NCBI GenBank assembly: GCA_963817905.1
Contig: CAWFPS010000001.1
Location: 131,647-195,646, forward strand
From: an uncultured Solirubrobacterales bacterium
GTDB taxonomy: Bacteria > Actinomycetota > Thermoleophilia > Solirubrobacterales > 70-9
Direction: 5' to 3'
DNA: 64,000 bases
Shown: piece by piece, positions 39,827-47,802 of the stretch
How positions within the stretch are numbered: position 1 is the stretch's first letter
Layout of the letters: each line of letters begins with the position of its first letter
Notes under the pieces: model-generated
Told to the model about the DNA's origin: nothing
The model's database searches: none
What the model saw: the letters and a program-made list of their open reading frames with translations, nothing else
Position numbers and translations under genes: made by a program

Positions 39827-40357
39827 ATGTCAGACCTTCGCCCAGGGACGGCAGGATCTGCCGCCACGCTCGACGCACCCTCGAATGACGCGCCGTACCG
39901 GTGCTTCGAGGACGTTGCCTTCGGTCCGGGAGCGGTTGTGCGCTCCTTCACCAACCTCTACGGTTGCCGGATTGGCGATGGCAGTCAGATAGGTACCTTC
40001 GTCGAGGTACAGCGCGGCGCCGAGATCGGGGCCGCCTGCAAGGTCCAGAGTCACACCTTCATCTGTGACGGTGTGAGCATCGAGGACGAGGTCTTCATTG
40101 GCCACGGCGTTACCTTCGTCAACGACAAGTTTCCGCGTGCGACCGATGGCTCGGGAGCCCTCCAGACCGACCTCGACTGGGAGCTGCTCCGCACCGTGGT
40201 CGAGCGCGGCGCGTCGATTGGCTCGGGCGCGACAATCCTCGGCGGTATCCGGGTCGGCGCCGGCGCGGTCATCGGCGCCGGCGCGGTCGTGACCCGCGAC
40301 GTGGCGCCCGGCACCACGGTCGTGGGCAATCCTGCGGCTGAGCGAGCCGGGCCATAG
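39827..40357 (+). CDS. hexapeptide-repeat sugar N-acetyltransferase-like protein
   Basis: LbH repeats are visible (IGDGSQIGTFVEVQRGAEIGAACKVQSHTFICDGVSIEDEVFIGHGVTFVNDKFP...IGSGATILGGIRVGAGAVIGAGAVV). ATG 39827 lies within ORF 39776..40357. Confidence 0.8.
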   Translation: MSDLRPGTAGSAATLDAPSNDAPYRCFEDVAFGPGAVVRSFTNLYGCRIGDGSQIGTFVEVQRGAEIGAACKVQSHTFICDGVSIEDEVFIGHGVTFVNDKFPRATDGSGALQTDLDWELLRTVVERGASIGSGATILGGIRVGAGAVIGAGAVVTRDVAPGTTVVGNPAAERAGP

Positions 40358-40359
40358 CA

Positions 40360-41289
40360 ATGAATGACGTATGTGCGGTAGTTGTCAGCCGCGGCGCTGG
40401 CAGGCATCAAATGGAGGCGTGCCTGAAAAGCCTGCGGTCGCACGCCGGGGCGGTGAGCCTCGATGTCGTCGTCGTAGACACGGGCTCCGGCCTGGCGGGT
40501 GGCTACGCCGAGGAGTTCCTCCCTGGTGTCCACATCATTCACTGCCCGGAACGCAGCAACGGCTATGCCTACAACCGGGCGCTGGAAACGATCGATGCCC
40601 GCTATGCCCTTCTCCTGACGCCCGAGGTCGAGCTGCTGGAGGGCAGCCTGAGAGAACTGGTCTCGGCCCTCGACAGCTTCCCCAACATCGCCACGGCAGG
40701 TGTGCGCCAGGTTCGCGACGACGGCTCGTTGGCGCCAAGCATAGGACGCTTTCCCTCGACCCTCCACATGCTTGCCGAAGCAACCGGCCTGGCGATGGTG
40801 CCGGGTACAAGGCGGTTCCTCGGCGAGCTGATGCACGCTTCGCAGGGATACAAACTGCCACGCACCTGCGACTGGACCTCCGCGTCGCTAATGCTGCTCC
40901 GCGTCGGCGCCCTCGACGAGTCCGGCTGGTTCGATGAGCGCCTGCTATTCGTCGAGGACACCGATCTTTGCTGGCGTCTGCGGCGACTGGGTTGGGAGGT
41001 CGTCTACTTGCCCTGCATGACGGTTCGCAATCACCAGCACGACAAGCTGGAGAATGCTCATCGCGAGGCGCAGATTGCCTACGCAAGGATGCAGTTCGCC
41101 CGCAAATGCTTTCCCCAGGCGGCGGCGGAGTACCGCTGGGCCTTGGCGCTGCGCTACGCCTTGCGCTTCGCGGCCTACTCCATGCGGGGCCGCTACGAGA
41201 ACCATCGCCGACGCGCCGCGAAAGCGGCTCTCAGCACGGTGGTCAATGGCCGACTGCCCTTCGAGAAGAGGATTCACTCCCCGGCCTGA
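40360..41289 (+). CDS. family 2 glycosyltransferase
   Basis: It has a GT-A-like N-terminus (VCAVVVSRGAGRHQMEACLKSLRS...DVVVVDTGS). ED and DxD-type motifs (FVEDTDLCWRLRRLGW) are typical of rhamnosyltransferase-like GT2 enzymes. Confidence 0.75.
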   Translation: MNDVCAVVVSRGAGRHQMEACLKSLRSHAGAVSLDVVVVDTGSGLAGGYAEEFLPGVHIIHCPERSNGYAYNRALETIDARYALLLTPEVELLEGSLRELVSALDSFPNIATAGVRQVRDDGSLAPSIGRFPSTLHMLAEATGLAMVPGTRRFLGELMHASQGYKLPRTCDWTSASLMLLRVGALDESGWFDERLLFVEDTDLCWRLRRLGWEVVYLPCMTVRNHQHDKLENAHREAQIAYARMQFARKCFPQAAAEYRWALALRYALRFAAYSMRGRYENHRRRAAKAALSTVVNGRLPFEKRIHSPA

Positions 41290-41340
41290 CCGACGCTGGG
41301 AACGGCGGCCGCGCCAGATCGATACCGACCTGAAGCCGCC

Positions 41341-44300
41341 TCAGGGAGTGGGCGCGACCCGTACCTCGACCGCCACCAGGTTCCAGCGATCGCCGGTCGG
41401 AGCGGTGTCGTCGATTGAGACAGCCGTGCTCGCGGCAGGCGTGGTTGCCGAGCGCCGCTGGGCCCAGAAGGTGTCGCCGCTGGAGCTGAGGAACTGGTCG
41501 ACCAGTTCCTGGCCCGCACCCGCGGTGCGGGCTTTGGCGGAGTCCCAGTCGTTGCCCACTCCCCAGACCCAGCTGCCGGCCCGGGTGGTGCTTAGCGAGA
41601 CCGAGGGCGCGCCGCTGGCGGCCGAGCCCGCGGCGGTGGCGCCGCTGGCGCTCGTATCGGCGCCACTGAAGGCGGCCACCGTTATCGCGCCCTGGTAGCC
41701 ACCGCTTGAGCGGGTGGCGGTGAGCGTTGCGTTGCTCAGTACGGCGAGCGCGACCGCCTGCCAGACCTCTGCCGTGCCGGCCTGGGCGTTGGCGCGGCGG
41801 CGCAGGGTCCAGCTCAGGCCGCCGCCGCTGAGGCCGGTGATCGACTGGGCGCCGGCGGAGTTGGGACCGTCGGAGCCGATGAAGGCGAGCAGCAGCTCAC
41901 CGGGGTGCGCGGTGCTCAGGGGTGGGGTGGAGATCGTCGTCCCGCCTGAGGCCTGGTGGGTGCTGACGGTCTTGTCGAGTTCGAAGGCCGCTGCGGCAGC
42001 CGGGCTGACGTTCGCCGTGGCCTCGCCAGACGGCGGTCCGACGTTGCCGACACCGTCTTCGGCGGTCACCTGGTAGTACCAGGTGCCCGCCGCCACGCCG
42101 GAGTCCGTGAATGACGTGGTCCCTGTCTGGCCGATTCGGTTGGCAGGGCCGGGGGTGAAGCCCTCGGTGCCGGAGCGATGGACGTTGTAGCGGGCGACGC
42201 CCGTGTCGTCGGTCGCTGCGGTCCAGCTCAGCGCGGCCGTGCCGGTGCCGCCGGTGGCGGTGAGATCGGTTGGGGCGGTGGGGGGCGTGGCGTCCCCTTC
42301 CGGTTCGGGGAAGCGGACGAAGGAGGCCACCGAGGGGACGCCCTGGCCGTTGACGATGAAGAGCATGTAGTAGCCGGGCGGCACGTCGTTGCGGTTGGCG
42401 GGCATCTGGACGTCGATCCCGCCGGCCGTTTTGGTGAAGCCGAGCGATGTCGCCCGGGCGTTCTGGTCGAAGGCGTGGGTGACCGAGCCCGTGCGAATCA
42501 GCGAGACCCGCGAGATCGAGGCGGCATCCGGAGTGGCGACGAATTCCGTTGCGCCGTATTTGGCGGTTGCGGGCGCGGAGGCGATCGTCGGCCGCGGACC
42601 TCTGAAGAGGTAGGGCGGGGAGAAGATCTGGGCGCTGCGCTGGTCGCTCACGCCGGGATCGCCGCCACCGCCCGCGACGTAGACCCGGCCGTCCGGCAAG
42701 AGCACGGCGACCGAGTGGTAGAGGCGGGGCGCGCCCATCGCGGCGTAGGTGCTCCAGCTTCCGCTTGACGGGTTCCAGTCTTCCGCTTGCAGCACCGCGT
42801 TGGAGTCGACGAAGCCCGACTTGTCGGTACCGCCTCCGGTCGCCAGCACCGTGCCGTCCGGCAGATTGGTGAGGTTGAGGAAGCTGCGCGGGAATTTCAT
42901 GCTGCCGGTCGGTTGCCAGGTCGCGCCGGGGGCATTCATATTCAGCGTGTAGGCAGTTTTCAGCGAGTTGCCGGAGAAGCCGTCATCGGCCGCCGAACCG
43001 GCCTTGACGAAGAGGCCGGGTTCGTAGTTGGCGATGCTGCCACCGTCGATCACGCGGCTGTCGATCGTCGTCCACTGGTTGGTGGCGAGGTCGAGCAGCT
43101 CGCTCGCCGTCGGCACCTCGGAGCCGCCGAGGTGGGCAATCCGGCCATCGGGAAGCTGGTAGATGAACGGGTATATCGGCATCGTGTGACTCGCCGCCAC
43201 GATGCTCTGCCAGCTGTCGGTGGCGGGTGAGTAGAGCTCGGGAATGGGCACGATGTCGCCCGAGTTTTTGTTGTCGCCGGAGGTGACCAGGACTTTGCCG
43301 TCGGCAAGCGTCGTCCCGGTCGCGTACCAGCGCGGGTAGTGCATCGGGGCGAGTGCTTCCCAGGCTTCGCCATGCCAGTCGAAGGCGGTGATGTCGGGCA
43401 CGCCGAGTCCGCCCGAGGTTGCCGTGCCGCCGACGACGAGGACCCGTCCGTCGGCGAGTACGGCTTGGCCGGCGCAGAAGAGGTCCGCCGCCGCATCGGG
43501 CAGGTGCGTTACAGCTCCGGTCTGGGGGTTGAGGACGTACTGTTGGCCACCGCTGGCGAAGTCCCCCTGGAAAAGGAGGATGCGCCCGTCGGGAAGCAAC
43601 GCCGAGTGGATTGCCACGGCGGGGAGGGGGATCAGCGGCCCCCATTCGCCGACCTGGGCGGCTTCTTCGCCGCCGCCGTTGGCCACCGCCACCGCGGCCT
43701 CAGCCGACGTCGCCGTGTTGCCGACCCCGTCGCGGGCTCGGGCGGCGAGGGTGTGCGGGCCGTCGGCCACCGTGGTCGAGTCCCAGGCGAGCCCGTATGG
43801 GGGTGAGGTGTCTTCACTCCCGAGTGGGCTGCCGTCGAGGAGGAACTGCACGCCTGCGATGCCGCTGGCATCGCTTGCGGTCGCGACCAGGTTCGCCGTG
43901 CCCGAGAGGGTCGCTCCGCCGCCGGGGGCGGTGAGCGAGACGCTCGGGGGTGTCGTGTCGGGCGGCGCTTCGCCGCCTTCGGCCACCCGTACCTCGACCG
44001 CCACCAGGTTCCAGCGATCGCCGGTCGGAGCGGTGTCGTCGATTGAGACAGCCGTGCTCGCGGCAGGCGTGGTTGCCGAGCGCCGCTGGGCCCAGAAGGT
44101 GTCGCCGCTGGAGCTGAGGAACTGGTCGACCAGTTCCTGGCCCGCACCCGCGGTGCGGGCTTTGGCGGAGTCCCAGTCGTTGCCCACTCCCCAGACCCAG
44201 CTGCCGGCCCGGGTGGTGCTTAGCGAGACCGAGGGCGCGCCGCTGGCGGCCGAGCCCGCGGCGGTGGCGCCGCTGGCGCTCGTATCGGCGCCACTGAAGG

Positions 44301-45711
44301 CGGCCACCGTTATCGCGCCCTGGTAGCCACCGCTTGAGCGGGTGGCGGTGAGCGTTGCGTTGCTCAGTACGGCGAGCGCGACCGCCTGCCAGACCTCTGC
44401 CGTGCCGGCCTGGGCGTTGGCGCGGCGGCGCAGGGTCCAGCTCAGGCCGCCGCCGCTGAGGCCGGTGATCGACTGGGCGCCGGCGGAGTTGGGACCGTCG
44501 GAGCCGATGAAGGCGAGCAGCAGCTCACCGGGGTGCGCGGTGCTCAGGGGTGGGGTGGAGATCGTCGTCCCGCCTGAGGCCTGGTGGGTGCTGACGGTCT
44601 TGTCGAGTTCGAAGGCGGTAGCTGTTTCTCCTTCTTCTCCTTCTTCTTCCGGTTCTTCTTCGCCGTTGGCCACCGTCACCGCGGTCGCGGGCGATGTCGC
44701 CGTGTTGCCGGCCCCGTCGCGGGCTCGGGCGGCGAGTGCGTGCGGTCCGTCGGCCACCGTGCTCGAGTCCCAGGCGAGCCCGTATGGGGATGAGGTGTCT
44801 TCGCTCCCGACCGGGTTGCCGTCGAGGAGGAACTGCACGCCGGCGATCCCGCTGGCGTCACCTGCTGTCGCGGCCAGGGTCACTGTTCCCGAGAGCGTCG
44901 CCCCGCCGCCGGGGGCGGTGAGCGAGACGCTCGGGGGTGTCGTGTCGGGCGGCACTTCGCCCGTGTCGGGAAGCACCTCTACGGTGGCGAGATTCCACCT
45001 GTCGTTGGTCGGCGCCGTGTCGTCCAAGGTGACCGCCGTCCCGCCCAGCGGCGTGGGCGAGGTCCGGCGCTGCACCCACATCGTGTCGCCGACCGAGGCG
45101 AGGAACTCATCTACCTTGGTCTGGCCTGCACCGACGCTGCGCGCCGCAGCTCGGTCCCAGTCATTCCCGACTCCCCAGACCATCGACCCGGCGCGGGCGG
45201 CGGTCAGCGTCGTCGCGGGAGCGCCGCTGGGACCGCTCGCCGCGGCGGTGGGACCGTCGGCGACCTGGTCGGCGCCGGTGAAGCTGACAACGGTGATCGA
45301 CCCCAGGTAGGCGCCGGTTCCGCGTGTCGCTGTCACCGTCGCGTTGGTCAGGATCGCCGGGGCGTCCGCGGCCCAGATCTCGGCCGTGCCTGCCTGCGAG
45401 TTTGCCCGCTGGCGCAGGCGCCAGGTGAGCCCCCCGCCGCTGACTTTCGAGATCGTCTGCGTCCCGCCACTCGCCGGCCCGTCGGAGGCAACGAAGGCGA
45501 GTAGAAGCTCACCGGGTGCCGCCGTGGTGAGGGCGGGGGAGGAGATGCTCGCCGAGGTCTTGGTTTGGTGCGTGGAGACGGTCTTATCGATCGCGAGCGT
45601 CGCCGCGGCGGCCGGCGTCGCCCCGAGCACGAGCAGGAGCCCCATGCCCACGTAGGAGCAAATTAGGCGCGAGATTGACGCGCGGCGTGTGTGACTGGCC
45701 AGCCTCTTCAC
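41341..45711 (-). CDS. secreted multidomain galactose-oxidase/glyoxal-oxidase-like protein
   Basis: The central part is a kelch-type propeller plus a C-terminal Ig-like domain (DGRILLF, DGRVLVVGG, ADGKVLVTSG, PDGRVYVAGGGG, SRVSLIRTGSVTHAFDQNAR, PPGYYMLFIVN). There are also two Ig-like domains (PPDTTPPSVSLTAPGGGATLSG...VQFLLDG), an FN3 domain, and three copies of a roughly 215-aa domain of unknown function. GTG 45711 (preceded by GGGAG) gives a good signal peptide. The ORF-track start, TTG 45753, is the alternative. Confidence 0.85.
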   Translation of the reverse strand: MKRLASHTRRASISRLICSYVGMGLLLVLGATPAAAATLAIDKTVSTHQTKTSASISSPALTTAAPGELLLAFVASDGPASGGTQTISKVSGGGLTWRLRQRANSQAGTAEIWAADAPAILTNATVTATRGTGAYLGSITVVSFTGADQVADGPTAAASGPSGAPATTLTAARAGSMVWGVGNDWDRAAARSVGAGQTKVDEFLASVGDTMWVQRRTSPTPLGGTAVTLDDTAPTNDRWNLATVEVLPDTGEVPPDTTPPSVSLTAPGGGATLSGTVTLAATAGDASGIAGVQFLLDGNPVGSEDTSSPYGLAWDSSTVADGPHALAARARDGAGNTATSPATAVTVANGEEEPEEEGEEGETATAFELDKTVSTHQASGGTTISTPPLSTAHPGELLLAFIGSDGPNSAGAQSITGLSGGGLSWTLRRRANAQAGTAEVWQAVALAVLSNATLTATRSSGGYQGAITVAAFSGADTSASGATAAGSAASGAPSVSLSTTRAGSWVWGVGNDWDSAKARTAGAGQELVDQFLSSSGDTFWAQRRSATTPAASTAVSIDDTAPTGDRWNLVAVEVRVAEGGEAPPDTTPPSVSLTAPGGGATLSGTANLVATASDASGIAGVQFLLDGSPLGSEDTSPPYGLAWDSTTVADGPHTLAARARDGVGNTATSAEAAVAVANGGGEEAAQVGEWGPLIPLPAVAIHSALLPDGRILLFQGDFASGGQQYVLNPQTGAVTHLPDAAADLFCAGQAVLADGRVLVVGGTATSGGLGVPDITAFDWHGEAWEALAPMHYPRWYATGTTLADGKVLVTSGDNKNSGDIVPIPELYSPATDSWQSIVAASHTMPIYPFIYQLPDGRIAHLGGSEVPTASELLDLATNQWTTIDSRVIDGGSIANYEPGLFVKAGSAADDGFSGNSLKTAYTLNMNAPGATWQPTGSMKFPRSFLNLTNLPDGTVLATGGGTDKSGFVDSNAVLQAEDWNPSSGSWSTYAAMGAPRLYHSVAVLLPDGRVYVAGGGGDPGVSDQRSAQIFSPPYLFRGPRPTIASAPATAKYGATEFVATPDAASISRVSLIRTGSVTHAFDQNARATSLGFTKTAGGIDVQMPANRNDVPPGYYMLFIVNGQGVPSVASFVRFPEPEGDATPPTAPTDLTATGGTGTAALSWTAATDDTGVARYNVHRSGTEGFTPGPANRIGQTGTTSFTDSGVAAGTWYYQVTAEDGVGNVGPPSGEATANVSPAAAAAFELDKTVSTHQASGGTTISTPPLSTAHPGELLLAFIGSDGPNSAGAQSITGLSGGGLSWTLRRRANAQAGTAEVWQAVALAVLSNATLTATRSSGGYQGAITVAAFSGADTSASGATAAGSAASGAPSVSLSTTRAGSWVWGVGNDWDSAKARTAGAGQELVDQFLSSSGDTFWAQRRSATTPAASTAVSIDDTAPTGDRWNLVAVEVRVAPTP
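41357..41988 (-). repeat. 632-bp intragenic direct repeat, copy A
   Basis: The sequence matches 43985-44616 (offset 2628). Both junctions were read by eye. The shadow ORFs are identical (41714.. = 44342.., and the tail of 41054..41698 = the tail of 43388..44326). Confidence 0.85.
43985..44616 (-). repeat. 632-bp intragenic direct repeat, copy B
   Basis: See copy A. Confidence 0.85.
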
Positions 45712-45761
45712 CCGATCGCTCCCGTGTCTACCGACGACCGCCCGCTCCGTCAACGACGGGA

Positions 45762-45796
45762 CACCGATTGAGTACGAATTCTGTACTCAATCGGTG
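45762..45796. promoter_or_regulatory. perfect 14-bp inverted repeat (CACCGATTGAGTAC-GAATTCT-GTACTCAATCGGTG)
   Basis: Read directly from the sequence. It lies 50-85 nt upstream of the likely start of the galactose-oxidase-like gene, at the left edge of the Fic island. Confidence 0.6.
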
Positions 45797-45824
45797 ATCT
45801 TCGTCTGATCAGGCGACGATCGTC

Positions 45825-46336
45825 GGTGAAGCTGTCGGAGGCGCGAGAGCGGACGACTTGCCTCATGCGCTCGGCCTTCGCGCCCGCCTGGGCAATTTCC
45901 GGTCGCTACTAAGCAATTTGAACCTCCCTTAGTAAGCATTTCACCGGCCCTCTCATATACAATTGACCCATCGCGGCGGGTGTCTCAAGCGGGCTTGTCC
46001 CCTCGAAGACGACGTCGAGCTTGTCCCCGCCCGCGTCGTAGCGCGCAACCTCGTTCTGGGTGGTCTTGAATCGCCCGCCGGGAACTGGCGTGAAAGAGTA
46101 GAGGTCGCGATGAAACTGCTCGACGACCGAACGCCTGAAAGGAATGTGCTCGGCGCTGGAATGGATCGTGTCGAGCACCTTTCGGTAGCCGGCGATCTCC
46201 TCCTCGGGCCGGTTCCGCGGGTCCGTCTTCTTCCGGACCAGATCAGCTATCCGCTGGTGCGGAGCGGTGATGTTCTCGATCGCGTTCGACGCCGCGGTAC
46301 TTTGGATTCGAGCTATCTCGGTCAGGCTCCCCAGCA
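45825..46336 (-). pseudogene. Fic-family gene remnant (catalytic core replaced by a 77-bp element)
   Basis: 45969-46336 is nearly identical to 49646-50013, which encodes residues about 45-165 of the intact Fic. 45825-45891 matches the region around 49211-49280. The HPFxxGNG-encoding segment between those two blocks is missing. Confidence 0.8.
45892..45968. repeat. 77-bp AT-rich element, copy 1 (GCAATTT motifs)
   Basis: The sequence is GCAATTTCCGGTCGCTACTAAGCAATTTGAACCTCCCTTAGTAAGCATTTCACCGGCCCTCTCATATACAATTGACC. A second copy lies at 47683-47759 with a few mismatches. Confidence 0.8.
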
Positions 46337-46397
46337 GTGTCAAAGTCATTGCGGTAAAGAAGCTTCTAATTACCCCAATTACTGCTTTACTACCCCC

Positions 46398-47450
46398 ATG
46401 CGAAGCTTTGACGGCGCAGGGGCCGCGTTTCAAGACATGCCCGCTCACCTCGGCGTGCTGCTCAGTCAGGTAGATGTGAGCAAGGGTCGCGAAGACCTCT
46501 ACCGGGATCAGCTTCCGGCGCTGCTGCTCTCGCTGGCCGTCCAGACCCGTGTCGAGTCAATCAGGGCCTCGAACGCAATCGAGGGCATCGAAGTGCCCGC
46601 CGACAGGGCTGAACGACTGGCCGCGCCGAAGCCGCCGCGTTCTCGCAGTCGCAGCGAGGAGGAATTTGCCGGATACCGCGATGCGATAGACGGCCTCATG
46701 CAGGCGGATCGCCTCGGGCCACCGACGCCGGTGATCGCCTTGCGCCTCCACCGTCAGATCTACGCATACACCAAGGCTTCCGGCGGGACGCTCAAGCGCG
46801 TTGACAACGTCATCGGCGAACGCGGTCCCCACGGAGTCCGGAGGGTGATCTTCGAACCGCCGCCCTGGCAACAGGCCGAGGGACTCGTCCAGGGCCTCTT
46901 CGACGGCTACCGAGAGGCAGTGGAATCAAAGGCGGCGCACCCCCTCATCCTTTTGGCGGCATTCATCTTGGACCTGCTCGCGATCCATCCCTTCGAGGAT
47001 GGCAATGGTCGGGTTGCCCGCTTGCTCACCACCCATGAGCTGCTTCGCCTCGATTACGGAATCGCGCGCTACGCCAGTGTTGAGCAGCGGATCTACGAGA
47101 CGAGGAGCGACTATTACGACTCCCTCGAAGCGTCCCAGGAGGGCTGGCACGACGGAGCGCACCGGATCTGGCCATGGGCGGAGTACCTGGTCGGAGTGCT
47201 CGCGGCGAGCTACGCGGACTTCGAGAGCCGCGTGGTGGCCGAGCGTGGGAGCGCCGCGATGCCGAAGGGTGAGCGCGTGCGGCACTGGGCATCCAAGGAA
47301 GCGCCGGACGAGTTCAGCTTGCGCGATGTTCGCCGGGCCGTCCCGGGTGTCAGCGACCCAACCGTGCGCCTTGCCCTGAGATCCCTTCGCGACGAAGGCA
47401 GGTTGGTCGCCGTCGGTTCCGGCCGGTCTGCGGTTTGGAGACGAAGCTGA
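46398..47450 (+). CDS. Fic-family protein (class with N-terminal inhibitory helix, C-terminal wHTH-like tail)
   Basis: It carries the Fic motif HPFEDGNGRVAR and the inhibitory-type motif SNAIEG. This is the C-terminal part of ORF 45963..47450. ATG 46437 is an alternative start. Confidence 0.85.
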   Translation: MRSFDGAGAAFQDMPAHLGVLLSQVDVSKGREDLYRDQLPALLLSLAVQTRVESIRASNAIEGIEVPADRAERLAAPKPPRSRSRSEEEFAGYRDAIDGLMQADRLGPPTPVIALRLHRQIYAYTKASGGTLKRVDNVIGERGPHGVRRVIFEPPPWQQAEGLVQGLFDGYREAVESKAAHPLILLAAFILDLLAIHPFEDGNGRVARLLTTHELLRLDYGIARYASVEQRIYETRSDYYDSLEASQEGWHDGAHRIWPWAEYLVGVLAASYADFESRVVAERGSAAMPKGERVRHWASKEAPDEFSLRDVRRAVPGVSDPTVRLALRSLRDEGRLVAVGSGRSAVWRRS

Positions 47451-47474
47451 ATAAGCAATTTGAACCGGTCCGCA

Positions 47475-47682
47475 TCACAAGTCGGTGCTGAGCCGCCTCC
47501 ACTCCTTTCGCCCTGGCCCGGTGGAGAGGACGAGGCCGGCCCCTCGCGGGCGGGCCAGCTGGCTGCGGATTTAGCCGCTGCTTATGTCGGGCAGGGCGCG
47601 TTGCCACTCATCGAAGGTGAAGTTGTCGGAGATGCGAGAGCGGACGGCTTGCCTGATGCACTCGGCCTTCGCGCCCGCCCGA
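47475..47682 (-). pseudogene. Fic 3'-end remnant with in-frame stop
   Basis: It is colinear with 49073-49285. The translation reads ...DNFTFDEWQRALPDISSG*IRSQLA..., with a TAA where the intact copy has a Tyr codon. Confidence 0.75.
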
Positions 47683-47759
47683 GCAATTTTCGCCCGCTAC
47701 TAAGCAACTTGAACCTCCCTTAGTAAGCATTTCACCGGCCCTCTGATATACAATTGACC
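47683..47759. repeat. 77-bp AT-rich element, copy 2
   Basis: It matches 45892-45968 (offset 1791). It abuts the 5' end of the ATPase gene. Confidence 0.8.
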
Positions 47760-47802
47760 CATCACGCCGAACACCCTGATCCCCCGGCATGTTCGTCCTC
47801 TC

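Noticed and set aside
45963-46397. The N-terminal 145 codons of the 495-aa ORF 45963..47450
   Set aside because: This part is antisense to the Fic remnant and has no Fic-like sequence. Fic homology (the N-terminal helix region) begins near ATG 46398/46437.
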